Source: a virus. Taken from it: DNA of 64,000 nucleotides. A model generated the notes under the pieces. The model searched no databases. It saw nothing but the letters and a program-made list of their open reading frames with translations, and was not told the origin of the DNA. Every line of letters begins with the position of its first letter. Position 1 is the stretch's first letter. This document shows positions 1 through 9,922 of the stretch, in pieces. The translations under genes and the position numbers were made by a program. Location of the stretch: positions 22,844 to 86,843 of IMG/VR virus record IMGVR_UViG_3300023174_000118, one strand, 5' to 3'.

Positions 1-132
1 CTTTTTATCGGGGTAACACCAAGCAACTATCTCATCCTTTGATCTAGATGATTTAATTACCTTGTGTATCTTATCGTTTAAAAAGAAATACCGTAGTTTT
101 TTAAGGTTGCTGTTTCTTTTTTTTCTAGCCAT
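1..132 (-). CDS. Partial (3'-truncated) basic protein, possible DNA-binding protein
   Basis: Not in the ORF track. ATG at 132 reads MARKKRNSNLKKLRYFFLNDKIHKVIKSSRSKDEIVAWCYPDKK, open to the window edge, and overlaps the end of 78..263. Confidence 0.7.
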   Translation of the reverse strand, partial: MARKKRNSNLKKLRYFFLNDKIHKVIKSSRSKDEIVAWCYPDKK

Positions 133-263
133 CTTCCGAAAGCACTCGTTTCTTTATTACACATCCAGCGTTTGCCGCACATGATACAAAATAACTCTAC
201 ATGTAATTTTTGAGAAAAAACTCTGTCAACAAACACTCTGCCATTGCATTTACCACACCACAT
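78..263 (-). CDS. Small zinc-ribbon protein
   Basis: CGKC...CIMC Cys pairs; start overlaps the stop of the upstream gene (TAATG). Confidence 0.75.
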   Translation of the reverse strand: MWCGKCNGRVFVDRVFSQKLHVELFCIMCGKRWMCNKETSAFGRWLEKKETATLKNYGISF

Positions 264-1063
264 TATAAAGTAAATACCTTGCCATCAACTACACAAGAAT
301 AATCTGGTGCAATATGAATCATTTGAATATGAGGATAATCATTTACAATATGAGCAACGGCAAATCCTTTTTGCCAATCGTGGTGCTGACTATATTTCAT
401 TCCGTCACTCTTTTCATCACACATGTGTCCAATTTCATAGCCACGAAGAGTTTCTCCTTCTCCGCTGTTTCTAAGTTCATATGTTACCATATGTGAGGCA
501 ATTCTGTGTGAGTGTCCACGAATAAGAGAGACCTGTAGGTCTTCCATATCTTTTCTTACTGCGCCAGTTGCTGAAATAGAAAGTCCGTGGTGTACATGAA
601 TATCTCCAAATCGACGCTTAGGCAATTCATTATAATATATGTACTCATATCCTAATGAGTCCAGACTCCATAAGCTTTCTGGCGTAACTTCGGTAATATA
701 ATCAGGAAGCTTTGCATCTACATAATTAAATACTCTGATGTCGTGGTTTCCTAATGCTGAAAAAAGTTGTGCATCTGGAAGCATCTCTCTTGTCTTTGCA
801 TAAAAATCTCTTGCGCCCTTGGCTTCATGTCGCATCATCGGAACAATAAGATCCTTGCTATCATTCTTATGATAGTTTAAAAACTCTGCAGATCTTCCTT
901 CTGTATACTTGCTATAACATGCCTGATCATCTGTGTCACCTAGATAGTCAACAACATCTGGCTTAAACCATTTCATGACTTTAAACCATAGGGCAATCAT
1001 CTTATCATCTTGATATGGGAACTGCTGATCGGATGAAAGCATCCATTTTAAATCGTTGCTCAT
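263..1063 (-). CDS. Calcineurin-like metallophosphoesterase
   Basis: Motifs SDQQ (DxH variant), GDTDD, GNHD, HHG and GHSH in canonical order. Confidence 0.85.
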   Translation of the reverse strand: MSNDLKWMLSSDQQFPYQDDKMIALWFKVMKWFKPDVVDYLGDTDDQACYSKYTEGRSAEFLNYHKNDSKDLIVPMMRHEAKGARDFYAKTREMLPDAQLFSALGNHDIRVFNYVDAKLPDYITEVTPESLWSLDSLGYEYIYYNELPKRRFGDIHVHHGLSISATGAVRKDMEDLQVSLIRGHSHRIASHMVTYELRNSGEGETLRGYEIGHMCDEKSDGMKYSQHHDWQKGFAVAHIVNDYPHIQMIHIAPDYSCVVDGKVFTL

Positions 1064-1082
1064 TTTATACCTTAATATGTAA

Positions 1083-1105
1083 AAAAGTCACGGATACGTG
1101 ACTTT
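1083..1105 (-). terminator. Hairpin, possible intrinsic terminator or attenuator
   Basis: AAAGTCACG-TATC-CGTGACTTT with a T-run on the minus strand. Confidence 0.55.
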
Positions 1106-1117
1106 AATGTTACAGTA

Positions 1118-1145
1118 ATTGTAACATATTTATAAAACCTGTCAA
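1118..1145 (-). promoter_or_regulatory. Sigma70-type promoter overlapped by a palindrome
   Basis: TTGACA-16 nt-TACAAT with an extended TG; inverted repeat ATGTTACA-N5-TGTAACAT at 1108-1128. Confidence 0.65.
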
Positions 1146-1149
1146 GGGG

Positions 1150-1569
1150 TTAAGAGTGCTGTATAACTAAATAATAAAAGTATGTGTCTCCGCCAGTGTA
1201 TCCTGTAGGCTGAAACACTTTACATGTTGCTTTGTCTGGGCCAACTGAGCTTTTTACAACATGAGCTTCCATTGCGGACATGCCCACCTCACGAACAGGA
1301 GTAAGCAAAATTGATTTTGGCGCAGCAGTAAGTTTTGCCTCCGCATAATTAATTGTAAATGTAGACGTACTTCCTGGTTTTAAAGTAACTTTACCACTTA
1401 TTCCTCCATAAATTTGTGGAATAACTACTGTTTCAATAGCTTTATTATCCATAGACACATTTGATGTTGAAGATCCAAATTGAGGTATCTTAGATTTAAT
1501 TTCAGCTAGGGAGGTTTCTAAGGCGCCTAGTTGTGCAGCGTCAATTGGATCTCCATCATTAAATGCCAT
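1150..1569 (-). CDS. Hypothetical virion-associated protein
   Basis: SD GGGAGA; last gene of the tail-tip block; beta-rich C-terminal half. Confidence 0.7.
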   Translation of the reverse strand: MAFNDGDPIDAAQLGALETSLAEIKSKIPQFGSSTSNVSMDNKAIETVVIPQIYGGISGKVTLKPGSTSTFTINYAEAKLTAAPKSILLTPVREVGMSAMEAHVVKSSVGPDKATCKVFQPTGYTGGDTYFYYLVIQHS

Positions 1570-1581
1570 TATATTTCTCCC

Positions 1582-1755
1582 TTATGCTGGTAAAGAATCT
1601 TCAAATTCTTTTACTGCTTTTTCTTTTTCTTCTGCCGCTTGCATTTGCTGAGTAATCTCTGCACGTAATATTGCAATTTGTGTCTCATAGTTTGAGACAA
1701 TTTCGCCAATACGTTGCTGTAGTGCGGTTATAACTAGTTCGGCTTTATCTGCCAT
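1582..1755 (-). CDS. Small coiled-coil protein (57 aa)
   Basis: Not in the track: MADKAELVITALQQRIGEIVSNYETQIAILRAEITQQMQAAEEKEKAVKEFEDSLPA. SD GAGG; fills the gap exactly. Confidence 0.8.
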   Translation of the reverse strand: MADKAELVITALQQRIGEIVSNYETQIAILRAEITQQMQAAEEKEKAVKEFEDSLPA

Positions 1756-1756
1756 T

Positions 1757-1984
1757 TTATGCCTCTTCTACTGGATACTTAGAAAGTTCTGCCGTTAGAG
1801 CAGAAATTTGAATTGCGTTATCTGCAAGGAAAGCTGTATAATTTGCTAAAGCTTCTTGATCTGGGACCGCTTTAGAATTTTCAGCAACCTTATCTATTTC
1901 AAGACTAAATTTGTTGTAGTTTAAATTTTTTAGCCTTGAATTAATTATTGTTACTTTTTCTGCATTTGTTAGTGCTATTGTCAT
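1757..1984 (-). CDS. Small helical protein, possible fibre chaperone
   Basis: SD AGGAGG; helical-hairpin pattern; lies downstream of the tail-tip gene. Confidence 0.7.
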   Translation of the reverse strand: MTIALTNAEKVTIINSRLKNLNYNKFSLEIDKVAENSKAVPDQEALANYTAFLADNAIQISALTAELSKYPVEEA

Positions 1985-2011
1985 TTTGTTCCTCCTTTTA
2001 TATTATATCAT

Positions 2012-2218
2012 TTAACCCTGATTAGTCAAGGCTAACTTCTCTATTTCCAGAACATCAATGACGCTTATAATGTCATTGAGCACGGACTGCCTGGTTGGCT
2101 TTTCTGGATTATCTCCCAGAGGTTCTCTGGAAATGTCATCAAGAAGAGCAGACACATGTAAATTCATCATGTTAATTTTACTCTGTACTATCTCTATTTT
2201 TTCTATATTATTTATCAT
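2012..2218 (-). CDS. Small helical protein, possible fibre chaperone
   Basis: Likely start is ATG 2218 (MINNIEK), just after the upstream stop; pattern resembles 1757..1984 (EKxxIxxSxxxxxN). Confidence 0.65.
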   Translation of the reverse strand: MINNIEKIEIVQSKINMMNLHVSALLDDISREPLGDNPEKPTRQSVLNDIISVIDVLEIEKLALTNQG

Positions 2219-2219
2219 T

Positions 2220-4592
2220 TTATGCCCACGCCGTATATCCAGTAAAAGCACTACTAAGACCAGTGGACGTGTTATTTGCCCTTGCTCTTGTTCTAGCCCA
2301 AGGGTAGGACTGTGCTCCTGTAGTTCTTGAACCAGCCGAAGCTCCCATAAAATAGGTTACTGTGTTTTGAACTGTTCCACCATTAGTATTTGCATACTGA
2401 ACTTGAAATTCAATATTTGTTGCATCTGAAGCTGTTGCTGATAATGTAAAGTTGTTTCCTGATCCCCAACTAATAAATGGCCCACTTGTGATTGCTGGAG
2501 TAACTGGTGCTGGAGCAGATGTTGTAAAGCTATAGTTAGCAGATGCTGAATTACCAGTAGAAGAATAAACAGTAACAGTTCCAGAATAAGGTGTGCTTGA
2601 GGATAAACCAGAAAAAGTATAGCTATTAGCAAAACCAATATTTGTACCGTTTACAGTAGAATACGATTGATTACTTGACGACCAGTTGATTGTTGCACCG
2701 CTTGTAGTAATATTAGTATTTGCATTCATTGTAATTGTTGGGGTAATTGGCGCTTGAGTAACAGTAAATTGATATCCAGTGCTCCACTCGCTTATTGTTG
2801 GAGAAGGCCCTGTTCCAACGTTAGTTAAGCTTGATACTGATCTAACATAAGCATACCAGGCAGTACTGGCGGATGTAGGGCCAGTATAATCTGTTATTGG
2901 GCTAGAATAATAAGCCTCATCGTATCCTGTTCCGCCAACTCCAAGAGTCCACCAAATTTGATAGTAAGGACCAGACCCGCCATTAAAATAAACTGTTACT
3001 GGTTGTCCACTAGAATCACCAGCAGATACGTAATAAATGTTTGGGGGAGTTAAATTAGACGCAATAGAGAAAGATGTTTCATTTTCAGGGCTTACTAACT
3101 CGTCATAGTTTCTAGTTCTAATTTTAATATAATATGTTTGACCACCAGATAGTCCAGTTAAAGATATTGGACTAGAGCTGGAAGTCCACGTTCCAGAATA
3201 AGAACCACTAGATGCTCTATACTGGTATTCGAATGCGGGTGAATACAGATAATTGCTACCCTGAGTTCCTGCCGTTACTGGTATTGATGCTGTTGTTGAA
3301 CCCGTTGTAATAGTACCAAAAGTGGGCTGACCTGGGGCAACTCCTGATGCATATATATATGATCCGCCATCTCCAATTACGGTTGTAGCAGTAGATGTAT
3401 TAGATGCTCTAACTCTGGCTCTCATAAAATAATAGTATCCGTACCCGCCTACTGGTTGTGGGCTACCCCAAGAAGCAGATTGAGAAGTTGAAGAGGTGTA
3501 TGAAGATGCTGCAAATGACTGAACGGTGGTCCAACTACTATTATCATTACTTCCTTCGTATTCAATTTCATATCGAGTAGCATTTGTTGAAGCATTCCAC
3601 GATAAAGAAGTTGTTCTTACAATACCACTACTACCGCTAGATGGGAAATTTTTTGTAAATGATATTGTATTAAATGCTTTAGGTGTAGTGTCTGCCACAA
3701 TTGCAGATACTGCTGTTACCTGATTTAATCCATTAGTAAATAAATTCACGCCTATATCGTAATCTGATCCTGTGTTAAATGCGGTTTCTTCTGCAATTAT
3801 ATAACTACCAAAATCTTCTGGCTGCACAATATAAGAGTATGAACCAGAGGCGGAGTAAATTGGAGTTCTTCCTTGACCATTATATATTGATGTATTACTG
3901 TTAGATTTATACCAATAAATTGTATTTCTAGCAGCATCTGGCTTATAGGCCTCAGTTGTATTCCAAGCAGAACTTATAGATAAAGTAGAACCTACGCTAG
4001 CCGTTCCAGTTATTCCAAACGATATGTTTATAGGAGTTCTTCTTATTACTTTAATTTTTCCATAAGTATCTTTTGAATCCGCCGTATTACTATAAAGAGC
4101 ATTTGAAGCATTTGCAGTTATTTTAAAAGAAATATATTTTCCATCTGCTGCAGATGCATTTGAAAGAGTACTTATTGTTAAGGCTCTAGAAGGAGATGAG
4201 TATACTCCAGTGCCTAAATTGCCAATTAAATCAGAGTCTCCTGACTGATTTGCTGCGTCGGAATAATATGGCCAAGTGTAGTTATAAGAAGATATAGAAA
4301 ACCCATTAGCATCCCAGGTTCCATTTCTTCCATAATAGGTTGTACCTATTCTAACAACATCATTAGCTCCATAAAGAGGAGTGCTGCCACTTGAAGTAGT
4401 TGTTATGTATGGATCTGTTATGGCAAATACTCCAGATGTTGGCCATACTCTTAGCCAGCCAACAGTTGTATTTTTAATCCATATAACTTTGGCGGCCACC
4501 CATGTAGAAGAAAATCTTTTAATGTAGATATTAAGAGCTTTTCTCCATTTAGTAGTAGCTGTGTTGCTTGTTTTAATCCATATATCTGACAT
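2220..4592 (-). CDS. Fibronectin type III/Ig-repeat tail tip or adhesin protein
   Basis: Ser/Thr-rich FN3-like repeats (LSWNASTNATRYEIEY, LTGLSGGQTYYIKIRTRN, FSGLSSSTPYSGTVTV); Trp/Lys-rich N-terminal segment. Confidence 0.75.
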   Translation of the reverse strand: MSDIWIKTSNTATTKWRKALNIYIKRFSSTWVAAKVIWIKNTTVGWLRVWPTSGVFAITDPYITTTSSGSTPLYGANDVVRIGTTYYGRNGTWDANGFSISSYNYTWPYYSDAANQSGDSDLIGNLGTGVYSSPSRALTISTLSNASAADGKYISFKITANASNALYSNTADSKDTYGKIKVIRRTPINISFGITGTASVGSTLSISSAWNTTEAYKPDAARNTIYWYKSNSNTSIYNGQGRTPIYSASGSYSYIVQPEDFGSYIIAEETAFNTGSDYDIGVNLFTNGLNQVTAVSAIVADTTPKAFNTISFTKNFPSSGSSGIVRTTSLSWNASTNATRYEIEYEGSNDNSSWTTVQSFAASSYTSSTSQSASWGSPQPVGGYGYYYFMRARVRASNTSTATTVIGDGGSYIYASGVAPGQPTFGTITTGSTTASIPVTAGTQGSNYLYSPAFEYQYRASSGSYSGTWTSSSSPISLTGLSGGQTYYIKIRTRNYDELVSPENETSFSIASNLTPPNIYYVSAGDSSGQPVTVYFNGGSGPYYQIWWTLGVGGTGYDEAYYSSPITDYTGPTSASTAWYAYVRSVSSLTNVGTGPSPTISEWSTGYQFTVTQAPITPTITMNANTNITTSGATINWSSSNQSYSTVNGTNIGFANSYTFSGLSSSTPYSGTVTVYSSTGNSASANYSFTTSAPAPVTPAITSGPFISWGSGNNFTLSATASDATNIEFQVQYANTNGGTVQNTVTYFMGASAGSRTTGAQSYPWARTRARANNTSTGLSSAFTGYTAWA

Positions 4593-4614
4593 GTTATGAT
4601 TGTATCATTTCTAA

Positions 4615-6624
4615 TTAAAATTGTATATAAATGTCGCCAATATAGGCTGAATACCCTAATGCGTTATTAGAACTACTAGTAGACTGTGTTGCTGATCCCG
4701 CTGTTATGTTTCTAAATTCTCTTAATGCTATTGTTCCGTTAGCACTTGAATTTACTGGACCATCAAAATAAGCTTCCCCTGTAGAACTAAGTGTTAATGT
4801 TTTATCACTTAATCCATCGCTTCCAGACCAGCCAAGGGATATGGTTGTTGGAGCTAAAGACAGGTATGCTGAACTTGTAGGGTACCCATTATATGTTCTA
4901 GAGTTACCCTGTCTAAGAATTACTTCATTACCAGAGTTAAATCCATATAACTGTCCAGTAACTGTTCCATCTCCATTAACAACTTCAAAAGCATAACTTG
5001 AAGAATTTAATCTAGCTGCTCCAAAAAGTCCTGAACTACCTGTTGTTACTATGGCTCCAGTAATTGTTCCTCCACTAATTGTTGCAGAAGATGTAATGTT
5101 TCCATTAAATGTACCACTACTAAATATAGCGTCTGTTGCACTCATATTGCCATCCATGTCAACAGTAAATTTAAAATTACTTGTAGTTCCAGCTCTAATG
5201 CCCGATGTTGGATCAATTTTAATTACTTTAATTCCAGACTCAGAACTTGCATGTGCACTTTGTCTTATTTCAAATTTAGGGCCAATAGGGTCTAATTCAA
5301 TAGTAGGAAATGCTACAGCAGTGCTCTTAAAAGCATTTTCACTAATTGACCACCCGCCAATAGATCCACTATTTGCAGTTACTGTTCCACTAAATGTAGC
5401 ACTTCCATCTGATGCAATATTAAAATTGGTTGAAGATATACCTGAAGTACCTATTGTGACTGGGCCAAATACCCCTGTTGATCCAGTCAAAGTTCCTTTA
5501 ATTGCTAGCGTGGGGGTTACTGCTCCGTAATCAAAACTTAAGACCTCATTGTTACCGCTGTCATATGCAGTTATTCCTCTTTTTACTGTTCTGGTTGTAA
5601 GAGAATCAGTAAAATTATTAACCCCGCTTAATTCTAATCTTCCTCCCCCAGATGTTGAACTAGATCCAACTCTTAGGTAAGAAGAAAAATTGCCATTACC
5701 TGCAACTAAATTTTCTATAGATATAATTCCGTTAGTCAAATCAACAAGGTTGGCTTGTGTTGGATTTACTGTTGAAGAATTTATTCTAGTATATGTTGGA
5801 GTTCCAGAAACAGAATACAATGCGTCTTGAGAGTTTCTTGTAATATAATAAAAAAACATTGGAGATGTATATGCTAATGTATTAGTTGCTAATGATAAAG
5901 CCTGTCTTAAATTATCTAAACCAATGTTTTGCCTATTAGTTGTTCCAGTTACTGTTAGGGATGCTACTTGAGTAGTTGTAGAAAATCCAGCAGTTGCGGT
6001 TGATCCTACATCAGATCCACGAACGTGAATGTCAATTGATTTAAATCCGTCAAAATCTGCTGACGAGTAAGTTCCAGCCCAATTTACTGAAACGGCAAAT
6101 GGCTCTGAATTTATAGTTAGTCCAGATGCCAGTGTTGGTGCTTCTACTTGAAAGTTAGCCGCTGGATCCGTAACAATAATTGTATGTGTTGTTCCAACCG
6201 TGCTTGTTCCGCCAGTAGAATTTGTTGACCTAAGTTCAACTACGTAAGTACCAGCTGATGCTGCAATTGTTGCTTTCCCTGCAGAAAAAAATGTGTACGC
6301 AATTTTTCCTGTTCCAAACATTCCATTGGCAACAATAACATCTACCTTTTTAGATCCAGTAGGAAAAGTTGGAAGCTCTACTGGAATTGATCCTGCAAAC
6401 GTAGATGGGACAATTGTTCCAGTTGGAACTCCTGGAGCAGATTCATTTGATGTTCTTACAACATATGAAGGAGACCAATCACTTGTTTGATCATCAGAAT
6501 AAATCCATTTAAATTGAGTTGCATAAGTTTTATTTAATTTTAAATTTTTAATAGTTACATTAAAATAGTTTTTATCTGAACTAGTTTGAGCAACTATAGA
6601 CAAGTCATTAAATGCATCTGCCAT
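4615..6624 (-). CDS. Minor tail / tail fibre protein
   Basis: N-terminal Ig/FN3-like domains, then beta-helix-like repeats (DGSATFSGTVTANSGSIGGW, FTVDMDGNMSA); position after the baseplate genes. Confidence 0.75.
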   Translation of the reverse strand: MADAFNDLSIVAQTSSDKNYFNVTIKNLKLNKTYATQFKWIYSDDQTSDWSPSYVVRTSNESAPGVPTGTIVPSTFAGSIPVELPTFPTGSKKVDVIVANGMFGTGKIAYTFFSAGKATIAASAGTYVVELRSTNSTGGTSTVGTTHTIIVTDPAANFQVEAPTLASGLTINSEPFAVSVNWAGTYSSADFDGFKSIDIHVRGSDVGSTATAGFSTTTQVASLTVTGTTNRQNIGLDNLRQALSLATNTLAYTSPMFFYYITRNSQDALYSVSGTPTYTRINSSTVNPTQANLVDLTNGIISIENLVAGNGNFSSYLRVGSSSTSGGGRLELSGVNNFTDSLTTRTVKRGITAYDSGNNEVLSFDYGAVTPTLAIKGTLTGSTGVFGPVTIGTSGISSTNFNIASDGSATFSGTVTANSGSIGGWSISENAFKSTAVAFPTIELDPIGPKFEIRQSAHASSESGIKVIKIDPTSGIRAGTTSNFKFTVDMDGNMSATDAIFSSGTFNGNITSSATISGGTITGAIVTTGSSGLFGAARLNSSSYAFEVVNGDGTVTGQLYGFNSGNEVILRQGNSRTYNGYPTSSAYLSLAPTTISLGWSGSDGLSDKTLTLSSTGEAYFDGPVNSSANGTIALREFRNITAGSATQSTSSSNNALGYSAYIGDIYIQF

Positions 6625-7710
6625 TTAAAACTCCAGCGCTAGCTTATATTCTATATCTACTTGTCTTCCCGAAGGCTTTGTAAGTATACTTCCTCCAGTT
6701 AAAACAGACCTGCTGATAAGTCCAAAATAGGGATCAAATGTGTCTTCATCATTAATTCTTATTCCATCAAAATAAACAGTTGTTGCGCCGCCCGATGAGG
6801 CAGTAACTTCTACACCAATTTTAATAATAGATGATAGATCTGGTGGAGTAGCACTTACGTTACCAAAAAGATTATTTAATGTTGATGATTGAATTCTATC
6901 TCCCGTCCCTGATTCTGGTGTAAAATCAATCCAACAGTACGATGTGCTTGAACTATAAAATTTAATTCTTATTTTAGATGTGTTTGCATCTGCTTTTTTA
7001 TATGCAATTGAAAGACTATCGTTAACACTGTAGCCAGAAATGTCCAAGGTAGTATTTGAATTTGTGTACTCTTTTGCTGTACTAGTTGTAGCAGTAACTT
7101 CAATCATATTATCTCCTATTTTAGGAATAAATGAATCAGTCTTATAAGCGATTACTGGATTAAAAGATCCATCTGTCCAGGATAGGTTGTTATCGAATGA
7201 TGTTATAAACTTACTATCAAAATTATTAATTGATTTTCTAGATCCAGGGTAGAGGCCGATCTCAGATATTACTCCAGATATGTCTTGTGGAATTGTTGCC
7301 TTATATATAACAGAATATGATGAGGCATATCCTCCAGATGTATATGTACCCGTAGCCGAGTTAGTTATTGTAAATTGAGTATTTGTTGCCGACGCAATTA
7401 CAGCACTTGATAAATTATATTGTGATGGAGATATGCCAGTTATTTTAATAGTCTGCCCCGCAGTAAAATTATTATCAGCAGTATATGTAATAACTGTTCC
7501 GCTTCCTGTGGCACCTGTTATATTTGCAGATCTTATGTCTACGCTGCTTAATGTTGCTGGAAGTCTATAAAATTCAAAATTTAATTTTGTATCATTTCCT
7601 TCTGAGTTGACTGCAGTACTTCCTATGCCTAGGGCTAGGTCTTTTGTAGTAAAATCTACCATGCCAGCCATGTGGCCAGTTAAAAATCTTTTACCAAATT
7701 TTGTTATCAT
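6625..7710 (-). CDS. Minor tail protein with an inserted ~60-aa beta module
   Basis: MITKFGK...LALGIG...ISEIGLY baseplate-type pattern; insert ITYTADNNFTAGQTIKITG...FTITN. Confidence 0.7.
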   Translation of the reverse strand: MITKFGKRFLTGHMAGMVDFTTKDLALGIGSTAVNSEGNDTKLNFEFYRLPATLSSVDIRSANITGATGSGTVITYTADNNFTAGQTIKITGISPSQYNLSSAVIASATNTQFTITNSATGTYTSGGYASSYSVIYKATIPQDISGVISEIGLYPGSRKSINNFDSKFITSFDNNLSWTDGSFNPVIAYKTDSFIPKIGDNMIEVTATTSTAKEYTNSNTTLDISGYSVNDSLSIAYKKADANTSKIRIKFYSSSTSYCWIDFTPESGTGDRIQSSTLNNLFGNVSATPPDLSSIIKIGVEVTASSGGATTVYFDGIRINDEDTFDPYFGLISRSVLTGGSILTKPSGRQVDIEYKLALEF

Positions 7711-8105
7711 AGTAGCTCTATTCTTGCGTTTATCGCTTTTAGATTTTGTGCACTTGAATTTTTAATTTTAAAAACTAATTCTACTGATGGATTTCCTATT
7801 GCATCATATACTACATTATTTGAAACGACTTGAATATCAGATAAAGATGGAGCTGATGGATAAAGAACAGATGTTACTGATTCTGTTACATTTTGTTCTG
7901 CTGTTTCATTTTCTGCAATTACTAAAGCTCCATCAATTTCATCATAACCTATATCTGGAGACCCCATATATAAAGCCCCTACAACATTCCCAGGAATTAC
8001 TCTTCTATAGTTTGGGCCTAGGTCATTTGCCTCTGGAGAATTAGAGTATATTACAATAGGAGCGTCTGCTGCTACGCTTGTTGTTGATGGCTTATTTGAT
8101 GTCAT
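7707..8105 (-). CDS. Minor tail protein
   Basis: Within the tail module; ATGA overlap with the next gene. Confidence 0.6.
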   Translation of the reverse strand: MTSNKPSTTSVAADAPIVIYSNSPEANDLGPNYRRVIPGNVVGALYMGSPDIGYDEIDGALVIAENETAEQNVTESVTSVLYPSAPSLSDIQVVSNNVVYDAIGNPSVELVFKIKNSSAQNLKAINARIELL

Positions 8106-8128
8106 TTTTTTATTATACCATTTCTTGG

Positions 8129-9922
8129 CTAAAGAGTCCTAGCCGTAATGGAAGTCTCCAATCCTTGATTAAATGAATTTGTCACATTCATAACTACAAA
8201 CTTTTTAGTTCCGTCTAAATCATTAGATGGGTAATTTATAGTGACTATATCTCCCACAGAAATAAGTGGGTTTCCAAAAACTTGCATAGATACCACTGAT
8301 TGCTGCTTAGACCATAAGTCTTTAATCCAGGTAGATATAGATTTGGCATCTGATTCTTTCTGTATCCATTTTGATTCAAAAATTACTGGCTCTGGATTAG
8401 TATACTCATTAATAGTACTGTCCATATATTCATGCTGACCTGAAGTAACTAAATAGTTACCAATTATACTAAATGAGTTTAATGAGGAATCATCTAATGG
8501 TACCCATGTTCCCGCATTATTTATTAAATATACTTCTGCTCCAAATGAAGTAAGCCTAGACCCCAACACACTAACAAATTTATTTATTCCTAAACTTGGG
8601 TATAGTGGATACCCTGGCCTAGATTCATATTTAATATCTACTTTTCTTAACTCACGAGCAACAGTTCCAAATTCTTCAAGATAACCATTTTTTAAAGTAG
8701 TTTTATTAAAATTACTTAATACTTTTTCTCCATATAGGAAATTTAAAACCGTATCATTAAATTGGCCATTGTATACATTTTGTAATATACCAGAGTTATA
8801 CTCACTTTCTTCAAGCGGAAGAGCATAGACATAATCATAATATGCTGATCCTGTAGTAGCACACATAGATATGTTTGGTGTAACTGGAAGCACTTTATTT
8901 CTTGGATCAGTGCTAGTAGTAGAATCTGTATCAACTGCACTTATTTTAAAATTATTTATATACACATCAATTGTTCTTGAGCCAGATGCTACTTTAACTT
9001 TTATGTCGACCTTATAAGAGGTTGCCCCTAAAATTCCAGTAAGTGATTTTGCTGGATTGTTTTTTTGGCTATCATTTAATTCAACCTTGTTTCCGTTTAC
9101 TACTTTTAATATCTTAACTTCTCTATCTGATGTATTTGAAAGATTAGAAGTTGTTTGCATTAAAACATAGTACCCAGATTTTCCAGCATCGTCTGTAAAA
9201 AATCCTATTCCTCCAGCCGCATCAACATTTGTAGCGCTGCTTTGAAAAAATACTGCCGTACCAAATGAGTAATAGCTATATGAATTAGATATTGCAGTAT
9301 TTTTTGTAGCAATTGAAAAATTAGTTGGATCTTTAGAGTTGTTTGTAACTCTAAATAAAGATTTTTCTACTTGTCTATTACCGCTTGTAGCAAATGAAGA
9401 CCCAGTAACTGTTTGCACTGGTACACCATCGTCTGCTCCAGAATCAAAAGCTGAGTTGTTTACAACTACAGGTGAAGCTGGCTTTGTTGATGAAGGGGCT
9501 CCTGCTGCATCTCCTGTTGAACCAGGGGGAACTAGTACTGCTGTAGTAGTTGATGTTACCCCCGACAGTGGGTTATACTTAGGCATAGTAAAACTTTCTG
9601 TAATATAAGGACCAAATGTTCCTGTAGCTCCCGCTCCTGTATATGCTCGTGCCCTAACTGTATACTTTGCACCTGGAATTAAACCTTCACGAACATGCAC
9701 TCCGCTTGATGTTGTAAATGTAAAATCTGGATCATTAAATGTTCCAGTGCTAACTGCTGATCCAGCGTAGCTTCCTGGCGTTTGTGTTGGAGTACCTAAA
9801 GTTATAACTGCTCTTGTTACAGATGTAGTTTGAATTGAAATCCAAGGGATAACAAGATTTCCTGGTGAAGGAGTTGGAATTGGTAAAAATGAACTATCCC
9901 AGTAATTGTATGCGTATGCCAT
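8129..9922 (-). CDS. Minor tail protein (FN3 domain plus hub-like C-terminus)
   Basis: Start ATG 9922 (TAATG coupling); FN3-like GLIPGAKYTVRARAY; C-terminal GNPLISVGDIVTI typical of hub proteins. Confidence 0.7.
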   Translation of the reverse strand: MAYAYNYWDSSFLPIPTPSPGNLVIPWISIQTTSVTRAVITLGTPTQTPGSYAGSAVSTGTFNDPDFTFTTSSGVHVREGLIPGAKYTVRARAYTGAGATGTFGPYITESFTMPKYNPLSGVTSTTTAVLVPPGSTGDAAGAPSSTKPASPVVVNNSAFDSGADDGVPVQTVTGSSFATSGNRQVEKSLFRVTNNSKDPTNFSIATKNTAISNSYSYYSFGTAVFFQSSATNVDAAGGIGFFTDDAGKSGYYVLMQTTSNLSNTSDREVKILKVVNGNKVELNDSQKNNPAKSLTGILGATSYKVDIKVKVASGSRTIDVYINNFKISAVDTDSTTSTDPRNKVLPVTPNISMCATTGSAYYDYVYALPLEESEYNSGILQNVYNGQFNDTVLNFLYGEKVLSNFNKTTLKNGYLEEFGTVARELRKVDIKYESRPGYPLYPSLGINKFVSVLGSRLTSFGAEVYLINNAGTWVPLDDSSLNSFSIIGNYLVTSGQHEYMDSTINEYTNPEPVIFESKWIQKESDAKSISTWIKDLWSKQQSVVSMQVFGNPLISVGDIVTINYPSNDLDGTKKFVVMNVTNSFNQGLETSITARTL

